Positions 9,304 through 18,250 of a stretch of DNA of 64,000 nucleotides are shown one piece after another; positions within the stretch are counted from its first letter, which is position 1; each line of letters opens with the position of its first letter. The notes below the pieces were generated by a model that searched no databases, was not told the origin of the DNA, and saw only the letters and a program-made list of their open reading frames with translations. A program made the position numbers and the translations under genes. Source of the DNA: a candidate division WOR-3 bacterium (lineage in GTDB: Bacteria; Hydrothermota; Tepidihabitantia; SM23-42); the NCBI GenBank assembly GCA_016936155.1, contig JAFGPO010000139.1, positions 156 to 64,155 on the forward strand, given 5' to 3'.

Positions 9304-10239
9304 ATGTGTGATCGGAAGACAAAGGGCGGGGAGGTTCCGCGTGCACCCTATACATTCAGTTCAATTGTCGGACTGGATACCTACAAACTGAGGGCCTTGC
9401 ATCTTGCCCAGAAGGAAGTCAATGTATTGATCGTTGGCGAAAGCGGTACCGGCAAAGAATTGTTCGCTTCATCCATACACAATGCCAGTGTTCGCGCCCG
9501 TAAACCATTTGTGATCATGAACTGCGCCGCGATCCCGGAGAGCCTGTTCGAATCAGAGCTGTTCGGTTACCGGAAAGGAGCGTTCACTGATGCCCGGCAG
9601 GATCACACCGGGCGGATTGAATTCGCATCAGGAGGCACGCTGTTCCTCGACGAGATCGGTGATTTGCCGCTTCCTGTGCAATCAAAGCTGTTGCGTGTGA
9701 TCGAAGATAAATCAGTGACCCGCCTTGGCGGTAACGCCCACCAGCATGTCGATGTGCGCTATGTTTTCGCGACGAACCAGGACCTTGGGGCATTGGTGAG
9801 CGCGCGAAAATTCAGAGAGGAACTCTATTATCGCATCAGTGCGCCCTGTTTGAAGATACCGCCCCTGCGCAAGCGGAAAGAAGAGATCCCTGCCCTGGTT
9901 GAGCAATATCTTGAACACTGCCATTATGATCATGGATTGCACATTACGCTCACTAAAGGAGCGCTGTCAAAATTGATGAAGTACCATTTTCCCGGGAACG
10001 TGCGCGAACTCCATGGTATCGTGAAGAACGCGGTGTTCATATGCAATTCGGGCGTGATCAGCGAAGCAGAGGTTGACATACAGCACCATTGTTCTGCCAA
10101 GAATCTAAAGGAACAGCTGGAAGAACATGCGATCCGGATCATCCGCGAGCAACTCACTGTTAACAATCACAATGTAAAAATGACCGCGCAGCAGCTTGAT
10201 ATCAGCCCGCGGACCCTTTACCGGTATTTGAAAAAATAA
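9304..10239 (+). CDS. Sigma-54-dependent transcriptional activator (bEBP) with AAA+ and Fis-type HTH domains only
   Basis: Walker A GESGTGKE. GAFTGA-region variant YRKGAFTDA. Walker B GGTLFLDEIGD. C-terminal HTH reads MTAQQLDISPRTLYRYLKK. No receiver, PAS or GAF domain precedes the AAA+ core. Confidence 0.85.
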   Translation: MCDRKTKGGEVPRAPYTFSSIVGLDTYKLRALHLAQKEVNVLIVGESGTGKELFASSIHNASVRARKPFVIMNCAAIPESLFESELFGYRKGAFTDARQDHTGRIEFASGGTLFLDEIGDLPLPVQSKLLRVIEDKSVTRLGGNAHQHVDVRYVFATNQDLGALVSARKFREELYYRISAPCLKIPPLRKRKEEIPALVEQYLEHCHYDHGLHITLTKGALSKLMKYHFPGNVRELHGIVKNAVFICNSGVISEAEVDIQHHCSAKNLKEQLEEHAIRIIREQLTVNNHNVKMTAQQLDISPRTLYRYLKK

Positions 10240-10317
10240 TCAATTGCAATTCAGTCCTGAAAACACTGTGCTGCCATAAGGTGCTTGAAACCAGTTGAAT
10301 AATCACTACAATGTTCC

Positions 10318-13143
10318 ATGCCGATCTTCCTCCTTACTGATATAGAAAGATCAACCGAAAAATGGGAGAAACACCGCGACAAAATGGGGGAGGTCCTGAT
10401 CCGCCATGATCAGATATTGAAACAGACGATCGAGAAATTCAAAGGGGATATTGTCAAACATACTGGCGATGGGGTATTCGCGGTATTCTGCCAGGGCGCT
10501 CCTCTTCACTGCGCGATTGAACTGCAGAAACGCTTTGAAAATGAAAAATGGAACGAGGTTGGTGAAATCAGAATACGGATCGGCATCCATGCTGGCGATG
10601 CGGAGAAACGGGGGAACGACTATTTTGGCGCGACGGTGAATCGCACTGCCCGCATCATGGAAGCCGCGTGGGGCGGCCAGATCGTCCTGACGCCGGAAGT
10701 CATTACTGCATGCACCACACCCCCGGGCGCCACGCTCCAGGACCTGGGCATTCACATGCTTCCCGATCTTGGAGAACCGCAGCAGATCTACGGACTCGTG
10801 CATCCCGATCTTGCACTCACTGAATTCCCGGCTCTGCGTTCCTTATCCGCACACCCTCATAATTTGCCTGCGCAGCCAACGCCGTTTGTCGGCCGCATCA
10901 GAGAACTGGAAGAACTTGCCAAATTGATCGATAATCCGAAATGCCGGCTGATCAATGTGGTCGGACCAGGAGGTATTGGTAAAACCCGGCTCGCAATCCA
11001 GGCGGCGGCGGACAAGATCAACAAATTCCGCCATGGCGTGTACCTGATTCCACTCGATGCGCTGACCATCGGCTCTATCCAATTTCTCGTATTCACGATC
11101 GCGAATGCGCTAAAGTTCTCGTTTTACAGCCGGGAAGACCCTAAACTTCAGCTTATAAATTACCTGCGCGAAAAGGAGATGCTCATGGTCATGGATAACT
11201 TTGAGCACCTCATAGCTGAAGCCGAGCTCCTGACCGAGATATTCGAGAATTGCCCGCATATAAAATTCCTCGTAACATCGCGTGAACGGTTACGTTTAAG
11301 AGGCGAATGGATTATTGAGATCAAGGGGATGGATTTTCCGGATCGAGCGCATGCTGACAAGTTCGATGAATACAGCGCGATCCAGCTTTTTATGCAGAGC
11401 GCCCAGCGCGTGAAGCCGGATTTCGTTCTTGCCCAAAATGATGAAGCGGCAATTGTGCAGATATGCGATGCTGTATCCGGGATACCGTTGGGCATTGAAC
11501 TCGCCGCATCATGGGTTAGATCCCTGTCATGTTCTGAGATCGCCCAGGAGATCGGCAAGGGACTTGATTTCTTGACCACGACCTTACAGGATGTCCCAAA
11601 ACGGCATCAGAGTCTGCGCGGTGTGTTCGATTATTCATGGAACCTGCTGACCCGGAAAGAAAAAAACACCTTTCGCGGGCTTGCGGTTTTCCCGGATGGA
11701 TTTCAGCGTGACGCCGCGCAGAGTATTCTTGCTGCGTCCCTGTCCGAATTGACCGTACTCGCGGATAAATCACTCATCCGCCGCAAACCCAATGGCCGGT
11801 ACGAATTGCTGCAGATCCTCCGCCAGTTTGCGCAGGAGCAGCTTGAAAAAAATCCAGCAATCAGAGATACAGTCCATGATGCGCACTGCGCATACTATGC
11901 CAATGTGCTTGATCGTTATGAAGAGAAATTCAAAGAAAGTGATCCCCCGGAATTCTACACGATGATGAGCGGGGAGATCGAGAACATTCGGGCGGCATGG
12001 CAGTGGGGAGTTGAGCACTGCCACATTGAGGACCTCGCTGAATTGCTCAAAGGGATGTTCCGGTTCTACGAGCGTAGGGGATGGCTGCATGAGGCAGAGC
12101 AGATCTTCCGGATTACCGCGGAAATGATGCGGATCAAATTCACTGCGCCGTTCGAGCACGATACCCACAAGGCGTTCTACAGCGCGACGATCGCCCGATG
12201 GGGGGGGATATGCAGACGGCTATCCTTGTATGAGCAGGGGCGGGATCTTCTCGAGGAGAGCTTATCCTATGCAAGAGAGCTCAACAACACAAAAGCGATG
12301 GCGTTCGCCTATAATGAACTCGGGGTGATCGCGTATCGTTTTGGCGAATTTATTAATGCTAAACAGCTGCATAAACAGGCATTAAAGATTCGCGAAGAGA
12401 TCGGAAATCAACGGTTGATCACTGCATCGCTCAATAACCTTGCGGTCGTCGTGTATGCCCTTGGTGATTATAACGAAGCAAAACGCCTCCACGAACAGGC
12501 GCTGTCCATACGCCAGAGGATCAATGATACGTATGGCATTGCCACCTCATTGAACAACCTCGGCAATGTCATGCACAGCCTGGGTAACAGCGCAAAGGCG
12601 AGCTCACTTTACGAACAGAGTCTTGTCCTGCGGCGCACGCTCAATGACCGGCTCGGTATCGGATCGTGTCTTAATAATCTAGGGTTATGCGCGGAAAACC
12701 TGGGGGATCTGGAAAGAGCCCGGCAACTGTACGAGGAAAGTGTAGCGCTCAAGATGGAGATCGGCGATACGCGTGCCGCGGCAAACACGCTTGATAATCT
12801 TGGCCGGATAAGCGAGAAATCAGGCGATGATGCGGGCGCCCGCAGGTATTACCGTGAATCCCTTACCATGCTCAGGACGATCAAAGCGATGCCGACCACA
12901 CTTGCGGTTGTCGCGACGATCGGGAAGTTTTTCCTGGGCATCCACAAGTATGACCTTGCGCTCATTTGTGCTGTGCTTGTTCAACACCACCCAGCCGCGA
13001 TCAGTGAGTCCAGGGAAACCGCCTCGGCCATCCTGGCTGAACTGGTGCACAAGTTACCCGCACAAACGATCGACCATGTCCGTAATGAGACTGAAACACA
13101 GCGTGCGGAAAATGTGCTGGAAATGATAATTGCTGCCCTCTAG
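10318..13143 (+). CDS. Class III adenylate/guanylate cyclase - STAND (NB-ARC-like) ATPase - TPR fusion protein
   Basis: Cyclase motifs: IFLLTDIERST, GDGVFAVF, IRIGIHAGDAEKRGNDYFGATVNRTARI. Walker A VVGPGGIGKTRLA. The C-terminal third has repeated TPR units (LNNLA/LNNLG...Y..A...). Confidence 0.8.
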   Translation: MPIFLLTDIERSTEKWEKHRDKMGEVLIRHDQILKQTIEKFKGDIVKHTGDGVFAVFCQGAPLHCAIELQKRFENEKWNEVGEIRIRIGIHAGDAEKRGNDYFGATVNRTARIMEAAWGGQIVLTPEVITACTTPPGATLQDLGIHMLPDLGEPQQIYGLVHPDLALTEFPALRSLSAHPHNLPAQPTPFVGRIRELEELAKLIDNPKCRLINVVGPGGIGKTRLAIQAAADKINKFRHGVYLIPLDALTIGSIQFLVFTIANALKFSFYSREDPKLQLINYLREKEMLMVMDNFEHLIAEAELLTEIFENCPHIKFLVTSRERLRLRGEWIIEIKGMDFPDRAHADKFDEYSAIQLFMQSAQRVKPDFVLAQNDEAAIVQICDAVSGIPLGIELAASWVRSLSCSEIAQEIGKGLDFLTTTLQDVPKRHQSLRGVFDYSWNLLTRKEKNTFRGLAVFPDGFQRDAAQSILAASLSELTVLADKSLIRRKPNGRYELLQILRQFAQEQLEKNPAIRDTVHDAHCAYYANVLDRYEEKFKESDPPEFYTMMSGEIENIRAAWQWGVEHCHIEDLAELLKGMFRFYERRGWLHEAEQIFRITAEMMRIKFTAPFEHDTHKAFYSATIARWGGICRRLSLYEQGRDLLEESLSYARELNNTKAMAFAYNELGVIAYRFGEFINAKQLHKQALKIREEIGNQRLITASLNNLAVVVYALGDYNEAKRLHEQALSIRQRINDTYGIATSLNNLGNVMHSLGNSAKASSLYEQSLVLRRTLNDRLGIGSCLNNLGLCAENLGDLERARQLYEESVALKMEIGDTRAAANTLDNLGRISEKSGDDAGARRYYRESLTMLRTIKAMPTTLAVVATIGKFFLGIHKYDLALICAVLVQHHPAAISESRETASAILAELVHKLPAQTIDHVRNETETQRAENVLEMIIAAL

Positions 13144-13625
13144 GGGCTGATTTTCTCAGATTTTTTCCCGGTGCGGAGCTCATCAAATACCAATAGAACC
13201 TGTTTTACATGTGCCGTTTTGTCGATCACGACAAGGATCGTGTCATCCCCGGCGATCGTGCCGAGTATCATATTGAGTGCCGCACTATCAATGGCCTTTG
13301 CCATGCCCTGAGCCTCCCCGGGAAATGTTCGCAAGATAATCAGGTTGTTAGTAAATTTTGTATCGATCACCAGGTTTTGGAATTTATGCCGTATTTCATC
13401 CAGATTTACCACTTCAAACTCAGTGGGAAGCTGGTATATGACCTGGTTGAGTCCCTTTGCTACCTTTATGACGCCCATTTCTCTCAGGTCGCGCGAGATT
13501 GTCGGTTGATTGACCTTGATGCCTCGGTCTGCCAGCTCTTTGAGCAATTCAACGTGCGTGCCGATTTTTTTCTTTTTGATCAAGTTTTTGATAATATCCT
13601 GTCTGGCTCGTTTCTTTAATGTCAT
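13140..13625 (-). CDS. argR: Arginine repressor
   Basis: N-terminal winged helix reads HVELLKELADRGIKVNQPTISRDLREMGVIKV. C-terminal oligomerisation/arginine-binding region has GTIAGDDTILVV. Confidence 0.85.
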   Translation of the reverse strand: MTLKKRARQDIIKNLIKKKKIGTHVELLKELADRGIKVNQPTISRDLREMGVIKVAKGLNQVIYQLPTEFEVVNLDEIRHKFQNLVIDTKFTNNLIILRTFPGEAQGMAKAIDSAALNMILGTIAGDDTILVVIDKTAHVKQVLLVFDELRTGKKSEKISP

Positions 13626-13630
13626 ACCTA

Positions 13631-13658
13631 ATTTTATCTAAAACGCGCCCCCTGTCAA
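13631..13658 (-). promoter_or_regulatory. Putative argR promoter (leaderless configuration)
   Basis: On the minus strand: TTGACA (13658-13653), 16 nt, TAAAAT (13636-13631), then 5 nt to ATG 13625. Confidence 0.4.
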
Positions 13659-13679
13659 TCAATAACACGTACGCGCCCC

Positions 13680-13707
13680 TTGACAGGGGATGTGTATTAT
13701 GTATAAT
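13680..13707 (+). promoter_or_regulatory. argG-argH promoter
   Basis: TTGACA (13680-13685), 16-nt spacer, TATAAT (13702-13707). SD AAGGAGG lies before ATG 13746. Confidence 0.6.
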
Positions 13708-13736
13708 TATTCATTAATATAGAATAATTATACAAG
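13698..13736. promoter_or_regulatory. Tandem ARG boxes (ArgR operator) overlapping the argG -10 box
   Basis: Box 1 TATGTATAATTATTCATT (13698-13715) matches TNTGAATWWWWATTCANW at 17 of 18 positions. A 3-bp spacer follows. Box 2 ATAGAATAATTATACAAG (13719-13736) matches 14 of 18. Together they form the palindrome TGTATAATTATTC..GAATAATTATACA. Confidence 0.7.
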
Positions 13737-13745
13737 GAGGTTGAC

Positions 13746-14987
13746 ATGGGAAAAGTCGTTCTTGCGTATTCCGGAGGTCTGGATACATCGGTATTGATTG
13801 CGATGCTCCGGGAGAAATATAACGCTCAAGTGATCGCCGTGACCATTGATTTGGGACAACATGAGGATCTCGCTGCGATCAAAGACAAGGCGCGCTCGAT
13901 CGGAGCGGTTGATGCATTCACGATCGACGCACGCGAGGAGTTCGCTCACAAGTACATCGTCCCATCATTACAAGCGAACGCCCTGTATGAGAATGTCTAT
14001 CCGCTCGCCACGGCGCTGGGACGCCCGCTGATCGCGGATAAGCTCATTCAAGTCGCACACGCGGTCAATGCGACCTCGATCGCGCATGGTTGCACCGGGA
14101 AAGGGAATGATCAGGTACGGATCGAGTCAGCGCTTGCATACCTTGACCCGTCAATTCATATTCTTGCGCCGGTCCGCGAGTTCTCTCTGTCACGTGACTA
14201 CGAACTTAAATACGCGCAGGAGCACGCGATTCCGGTTGAAAAAGCGGCAAGCACCTTTTCGATCGACGAGAACTTGTGGGGACGCAGCGCTGAATGCGGT
14301 GCTCTGGAGCAGGAGGATTGCGAGCCGCCAGAACAGGCCTTTGCATGGACCCAGTCCCCGCTTGATGCGCCGAATTACAGCGCGTACTGCGAATTGACAT
14401 TCGAACACGGCGTGCCAATTGCTTTCAATGGAAAACGCATGGCACTCGTCGATCTGATCCAGGAACTGAACCGGATCGGCGGGTTGCACAGTATCGGACG
14501 TATTGACCATATCGAATCCCGGCTGGTCGGCATCAAATCGCGCGAAGTATACGAAGCTCCGGCCGCAAAGATTTTAATCCAGGCGCATCAGGATCTGGAA
14601 AAGCTCGTATTGACACGGGACGTGCTCCACTTTAAGCCGGTTATCGAACATACGTTCGCGGATTGCGTATACAATGGCCTGTGGTTCTCACCGCTGCGCC
14701 AGGCATTATCCGGATTTACCACGCAGATACAGGAGAATATCACGGGAACCGTTAAAATGAGATTATACAAGGGATCAGCGATTGTGATCGGGCGCACTGC
14801 GGAAAAAGGGTTGTATGTCAAAGACCTGGCGACCTATGAAGGCGCCGATGAATTCGATTCGCGTGCGGCAAAAGGATTCATCCAGATCTGGTCTTTGCCC
14901 TATAAAGTATACTCGATCAAAAACAACGGGCATTCCGCGCGCGCGCTCCCGGATCTACCGGTTGCTGTTGACAGCACCGCAATCTGA
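13746..14987 (+). CDS. argG: Argininosuccinate synthase
   Basis: N-terminal KVVLAYSGGLDTSV ATP-binding motif. Family-typical sequence runs the full length (HGCTGKGNDQVR). Confidence 0.95.
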   Translation: MGKVVLAYSGGLDTSVLIAMLREKYNAQVIAVTIDLGQHEDLAAIKDKARSIGAVDAFTIDAREEFAHKYIVPSLQANALYENVYPLATALGRPLIADKLIQVAHAVNATSIAHGCTGKGNDQVRIESALAYLDPSIHILAPVREFSLSRDYELKYAQEHAIPVEKAASTFSIDENLWGRSAECGALEQEDCEPPEQAFAWTQSPLDAPNYSAYCELTFEHGVPIAFNGKRMALVDLIQELNRIGGLHSIGRIDHIESRLVGIKSREVYEAPAAKILIQAHQDLEKLVLTRDVLHFKPVIEHTFADCVYNGLWFSPLRQALSGFTTQIQENITGTVKMRLYKGSAIVIGRTAEKGLYVKDLATYEGADEFDSRAAKGFIQIWSLPYKVYSIKNNGHSARALPDLPVAVDSTAI

Positions 14988-14989
14988 TC

Positions 14990-16378
14990 ATGGATGCCAT
15001 TTGGAAGAAGCGGTTCGCTAAGGAACTCGATTTGGATATCGCTCACTTTTTGTGCTCGATCGAAGATGATGAACGCCTGATCGCGCATGACATCTCGGCT
15101 AACCGCGCGCACATACGGATGTTGAAAAAAAATGGTTTGATCACTGCCCGGGACCACGCCAGGATGGACCGCGCATTGCAGGATCTTAACGCGCAGTATG
15201 CCCAAAAAAAACTGATGCTCGATCAAGCGTGTGAAGATGTGCACATGAATATTGAAATGCAGGTGAAAAAGCGAAGCGGGCATCATGCGGGTAGCCTGCA
15301 CATGGCGAGGAGCCGGAATGACCTGATTGCGACTGATATGCGCCTCTATGCGCGAAAGAGCGTGGTCATGCTTATTTCCGACTGCCTGCGCGCACAAACC
15401 GCGCTTGTCAACCATGCCCGTGCTCACCATGATGTGGTCGTGCCCGGATACACGCATTTGCAGCAGGCGCAGCCAGTGCTCTGGGCATTTTACCTGCTCA
15501 GCATCTTTTTTAAATTGCAGAGGGATTGTGAGTGCCTGTTTGATGCCTACGTGCGCGTCAACATATCGCCTTTAGGTTCTTGTGCGCTCGCCGGCACCGC
15601 CCATAAGATCGATCCTGAATTCACTGCCGCGCGCCTGGGCTTCAGACGCTTCGCCGACAACAGCATGGATGCGGTAAGCGACCGTGATTTTCTGTGTGAG
15701 GTGGCTTACGTCTGTGCGCAGATCGGCACGCATTTCGCAGCATTGGCTGAAGACCTTATCATTTACACGACCCAGGAGTTCGCGCGGATCGCTCTGGATG
15801 ACGCGATCGCCACGGGTTCGAGCATCATGCCTCACAAAAAGAACCCGGATTGCCTTGAAATGCTTCGCGCCCGGGCCGGATCATTGATCGGGCACGTCGT
15901 CACCCTGTTTACCGTGATAAAGGGTCTGCCCAGTTCTTACAACCGTGATCTTCAGTGCACCAAGAGGGCATTCTTCGATTGTATCGATACGACTCATGCG
16001 TGCCTTCGTATCCTGCCGTGTATTATCGCGAACATGCGCCTGTTGAAGAACGACTGGGCAACAACACCTGCCTTATGTTGTGCGACAAATGTAGTCGATC
16101 ATCTCGCGGCGCACAAATTTACTTTCAGAAAGGCATACCACGCGGTTGCCGCGTGTGCCCGGCGCGCGCAGGGAAAAGTTGATACATTCATCAAAGAGTG
16201 CGCCCGGGAGTTCACGCTGGAACCAAATGTCATTGCCGCGCTGTTGATTCCGGTCAATGCGGTGCAGGCGAAATGCTCAAAGAATAGTACCGGTCCCGCT
16301 CAGGTCCGGAAGGCTCTTGCGCGCGCGCAGCGCATCATCCGAAACAGTCAACGCCGTATCAAACAACTCCGGCAGTAA
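14990..16378 (+). CDS. argH: Argininosuccinate lyase
   Basis: Fumarate-lyase signature GSSIMPHKKNPD. Starts 3 nt after the argG stop. Confidence 0.95.
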   Translation: MDAIWKKRFAKELDLDIAHFLCSIEDDERLIAHDISANRAHIRMLKKNGLITARDHARMDRALQDLNAQYAQKKLMLDQACEDVHMNIEMQVKKRSGHHAGSLHMARSRNDLIATDMRLYARKSVVMLISDCLRAQTALVNHARAHHDVVVPGYTHLQQAQPVLWAFYLLSIFFKLQRDCECLFDAYVRVNISPLGSCALAGTAHKIDPEFTAARLGFRRFADNSMDAVSDRDFLCEVAYVCAQIGTHFAALAEDLIIYTTQEFARIALDDAIATGSSIMPHKKNPDCLEMLRARAGSLIGHVVTLFTVIKGLPSSYNRDLQCTKRAFFDCIDTTHACLRILPCIIANMRLLKNDWATTPALCCATNVVDHLAAHKFTFRKAYHAVAACARRAQGKVDTFIKECAREFTLEPNVIAALLIPVNAVQAKCSKNSTGPAQVRKALARAQRIIRNSQRRIKQLRQ

Positions 16379-16432
16379 TTCTATGTATTGATGAGGGAAT
16401 GCGTCTTTTACACTGTAGATCGTGTTTGTTGA

Positions 16433-17485
16433 TCAGGGCGATTGCCAGATCACGGTGCCGGTCGTGTCGATATACATCCAGGAGTTCGTTTCCATAACTC
16501 TCGCCAGCCCGTTCGCGAACGGATGGGCAATAATGTAGTGAGGGGGTATCACCATTTCTCCCTGCGTATTGATATATCCGAACTTTCCATCGACCGCGAC
16601 ACAGGCGAGTCCCTCGCTGAACGGATACGCGCGTTCGTAAACCGGCGGTATCACGAACGCACCGCTGCGATCGATGTATCCCCAGGTATTGTCTTTCATG
16701 ACCGCGGCAAGGCCTTGGGAAAAGGACGTTGCCTGCGTAAACTGGTTTTTAAAAGCGTATGAGCCGGTGGTATCGATGTACCCCCATGCGCCGCCTTCAG
16801 GGATTCCATACATGGTCCTGGCACCGACATTGACGACGGCAAGACCTTCTGAAAACGAGCAGGCATAATCAAATTGCGGAGCGATGACAAGCATTCCCTG
16901 CGTATTGATATATCCCCAGGAGCCGCCGACCGTCCGGCCGTATACTGCGGAGCTGCCTGTACTCACGGGTGCCAGTCCGTGCACAAAATCGCCACAATCG
17001 TCGAACTGGGGTTTGATGACCACATTGCCCAGGGTATCCATGAACCCGACCTTGTCGTCCTGCGCGATCGGCGCACGACCTTGAGAGAAATGTCCGGCAA
17101 AGCTGAAGGTGTGCGAAAAAACTGTCTCCCCGCGCCGGTTAATGAAACGGCGATCTGTTCCAATATCCGCGGCTGCGAGTCCTTCATTGAACGGGGAAGC
17201 ATTATCGAATGAAGGATCGATCACAAAGGCGCCGGTTTTATCAATGTATCCCCACATCGATTCTTTACGGACGCACGCCAGGTCGTCGGAAAATGGTGTG
17301 ACTTCAGTGAACTGAGGTGCGATCACGACCTTGCCGTATTCGTCGATATACCCGTAAACGCCATGATCTTGTATAGGAAACCGGTGCATGCCCCTTGGTC
17401 TCTGACCGCAGTGCACGACGAGCAGACACACTGCAAATACAATAATAAATGTATATCGATACTTCATGAACATATTATTGTACAT
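16433..17485 (-). CDS. WG-repeat (KWG-like) containing secreted protein
   Basis: About 8 tandem units of the form WGYID..G..VI.PQF. N-terminal hydrophobic signal. The exact start among three nearby ATGs is uncertain. Confidence 0.75.
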   Translation of the reverse strand: MYNNMFMKYRYTFIIVFAVCLLVVHCGQRPRGMHRFPIQDHGVYGYIDEYGKVVIAPQFTEVTPFSDDLACVRKESMWGYIDKTGAFVIDPSFDNASPFNEGLAAADIGTDRRFINRRGETVFSHTFSFAGHFSQGRAPIAQDDKVGFMDTLGNVVIKPQFDDCGDFVHGLAPVSTGSSAVYGRTVGGSWGYINTQGMLVIAPQFDYACSFSEGLAVVNVGARTMYGIPEGGAWGYIDTTGSYAFKNQFTQATSFSQGLAAVMKDNTWGYIDRSGAFVIPPVYERAYPFSEGLACVAVDGKFGYINTQGEMVIPPHYIIAHPFANGLARVMETNSWMYIDTTGTVIWQSP

Positions 17486-17587
17486 AGAATGATCGATCGG
17501 TCAATACAGCCATACCATTGGTAGGGGCAAACCTGAATTAAGCCAAATACTGTGGCATTCAGGTCTCCAAACGTGGATTCTAATAAG

Positions 17588-17717
17588 GTAGGCCCCTTTA
17601 AAAAGGCGAGTAAGGATAGAGAAGAGACATGCTGACCCGCAAATCATCATACCCTAGCAATGAGCGGACATGGAGCTCTTACTTTATATTTACCTTCCTA
17701 AAGAGGCCTACTTTTTT
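17588..17717 (+). ncRNA. Candidate structured small RNA (long imperfect hairpin ending in a T-run)
   Basis: GTAGGCCCCTTTA (17588-17600) pairs with TAAAGAGGCCTAC (17699-17711) with 1 mismatch. Inner helices are AAGG/CCTT and AGTAAG/CTTACT. TTTTTT follows at 17712-17717. It lies in a 336-bp gap with no ORF and I recognise no known family. Confidence 0.25.
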
Positions 17718-17821
17718 AAGGCGCTGTGCACCGTGCGCAGCGCCTCTGGCTTTCCTATTCGCAATGCATGATATGCGGGCACTGTGAAAAATGTGTGAAA
17801 AATGGATAATAAAGAGGGTAT

Positions 17822-18250
17822 TTATTCGGCTTGAGACACCATGTCATCGAATATAGGTTCAATTGAGCCGGTCACATCGTCATCTGACTGTGGTATCAGT
17901 CCGGCGTCATCGTTCGTATCCCCTTCATACCCCCAGATAAGAATCGATCCCTGAAAAATATCGCAGGAAAATACCGTTCCTTCATCAAATGCGATCGGCG
18001 GATCAAAGGTTTGACCCCAGCTCTTGGTGTCTGGTGAATCGAGCCAGAACGTGGACCCGCTCACGAGCAGTTCTGCCGCGCCTGTGCCGCTTTGCATCAT
18101 GAGACCATACAACCAGAATGTTTTGCCCTGAGACACCATGTAGAGGTTGCCAGAGCGGCTCGCATATTTCCACCTATTCGCGGGTTTGAATGCGTATGCG
18201 CTGGAAACACATACGCTCAGACTAATAACAATGAAAAGTATTTTTTTCAT
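17822..18250 (-). CDS. Hypothetical secreted protein
   Basis: Start set at ATG 18250 after AGGAGGTAG. Signal peptide is MKKILFIVISLSVCVSSAYA. No recognisable domain. Confidence 0.5.
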   Translation of the reverse strand: MKKILFIVISLSVCVSSAYAFKPANRWKYASRSGNLYMVSQGKTFWLYGLMMQSGTGAAELLVSGSTFWLDSPDTKSWGQTFDPPIAFDEGTVFSCDIFQGSILIWGYEGDTNDDAGLIPQSDDDVTGSIEPIFDDMVSQAE

